Source: Eledone cirrhosa
Lineage: Eukaryota
Assembly (NCBI GenBank): GCA_964016885.1
Contig: CAXHJY010000493.1
Location: 1 to 25,751 of the forward strand
Direction: 5' to 3'
Length of the DNA stretch: 25,751 bases
Shown here in pieces: positions 25,384 through 25,751 of the stretch. Made by a program: the position numbers and the translations under genes. The first letter of the stretch is position 1; every line of letters starts with the position of its first letter. The notes below the pieces were generated by a model. The model was not told the origin of the DNA. It made no database searches and saw only the letters and a list, made by a program, of their open reading frames with translations.

Positions 25384-25751
25384 ATACGTATAGTGGCGTG
25401 GCTAAAAGCATTGCATAATGCAGAAAGTCCTGACAATAAAGATATGATATGGAGGTTATAACCATACACAATATGAAGAGGTGAGCATAACATTAAAATG
25501 TAAGAATGACAGAAATACAACATGCACGGTAATGGAGATATGGTAGTTGACCAGCAAATGTTGATGTAATGTTAAAGATTAAAAAAAAAATGAAAGGAAA
25601 TAAATCGTCTATGCCGAACTAATGAGAAATGTGTAGTTACTCCAGCCGAATTATAGCTTTCGATTTATACTTGTAACTAACTGGCCCGACCGGCAGGCGC
25701 TCGGCTAGGTATACCTGCCCCCACCACTCCACCTCAAAGATACCACACACC

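Overview
AT-rich, repeat-dense eukaryotic (metazoan) genomic DNA. The SINE families and extreme (TA)n content suggest an octopus/cephalopod, but this is an inference. Only one host coding exon is supportable: a minus-strand first exon (14160-14450, Kozak ATG, GTGAGT donor) whose peptide matches the N-terminal motif of Dapper/DACT proteins. The rest is a ~4.1 kb degenerate (TA)n array, other micro/minisatellites, tRNA-type SINEs, hAT and Tc1/mariner MITEs, a Helitron 3' end, RTE-clade LINE derivatives and many Penelope-like element (PLE) insertions in (TA)n tracts. The PLEs comprise one 2.4 kb copy with an RT C-terminus, GIY-YIG domain and inverted pLTR, plus several tiny fold-back copies. They carry about a dozen intact or decayed hammerhead ribozyme (HHR) motifs, two with an 80-100 nt stem II. 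At least nine mostly unalignable PLE 3' tails share one covarying hairpin (RCTC-stem-YY-GAGY), which is the best candidate for an undescribed cis-acting RNA signal. All folds and family calls were made by eye; no searches were run.
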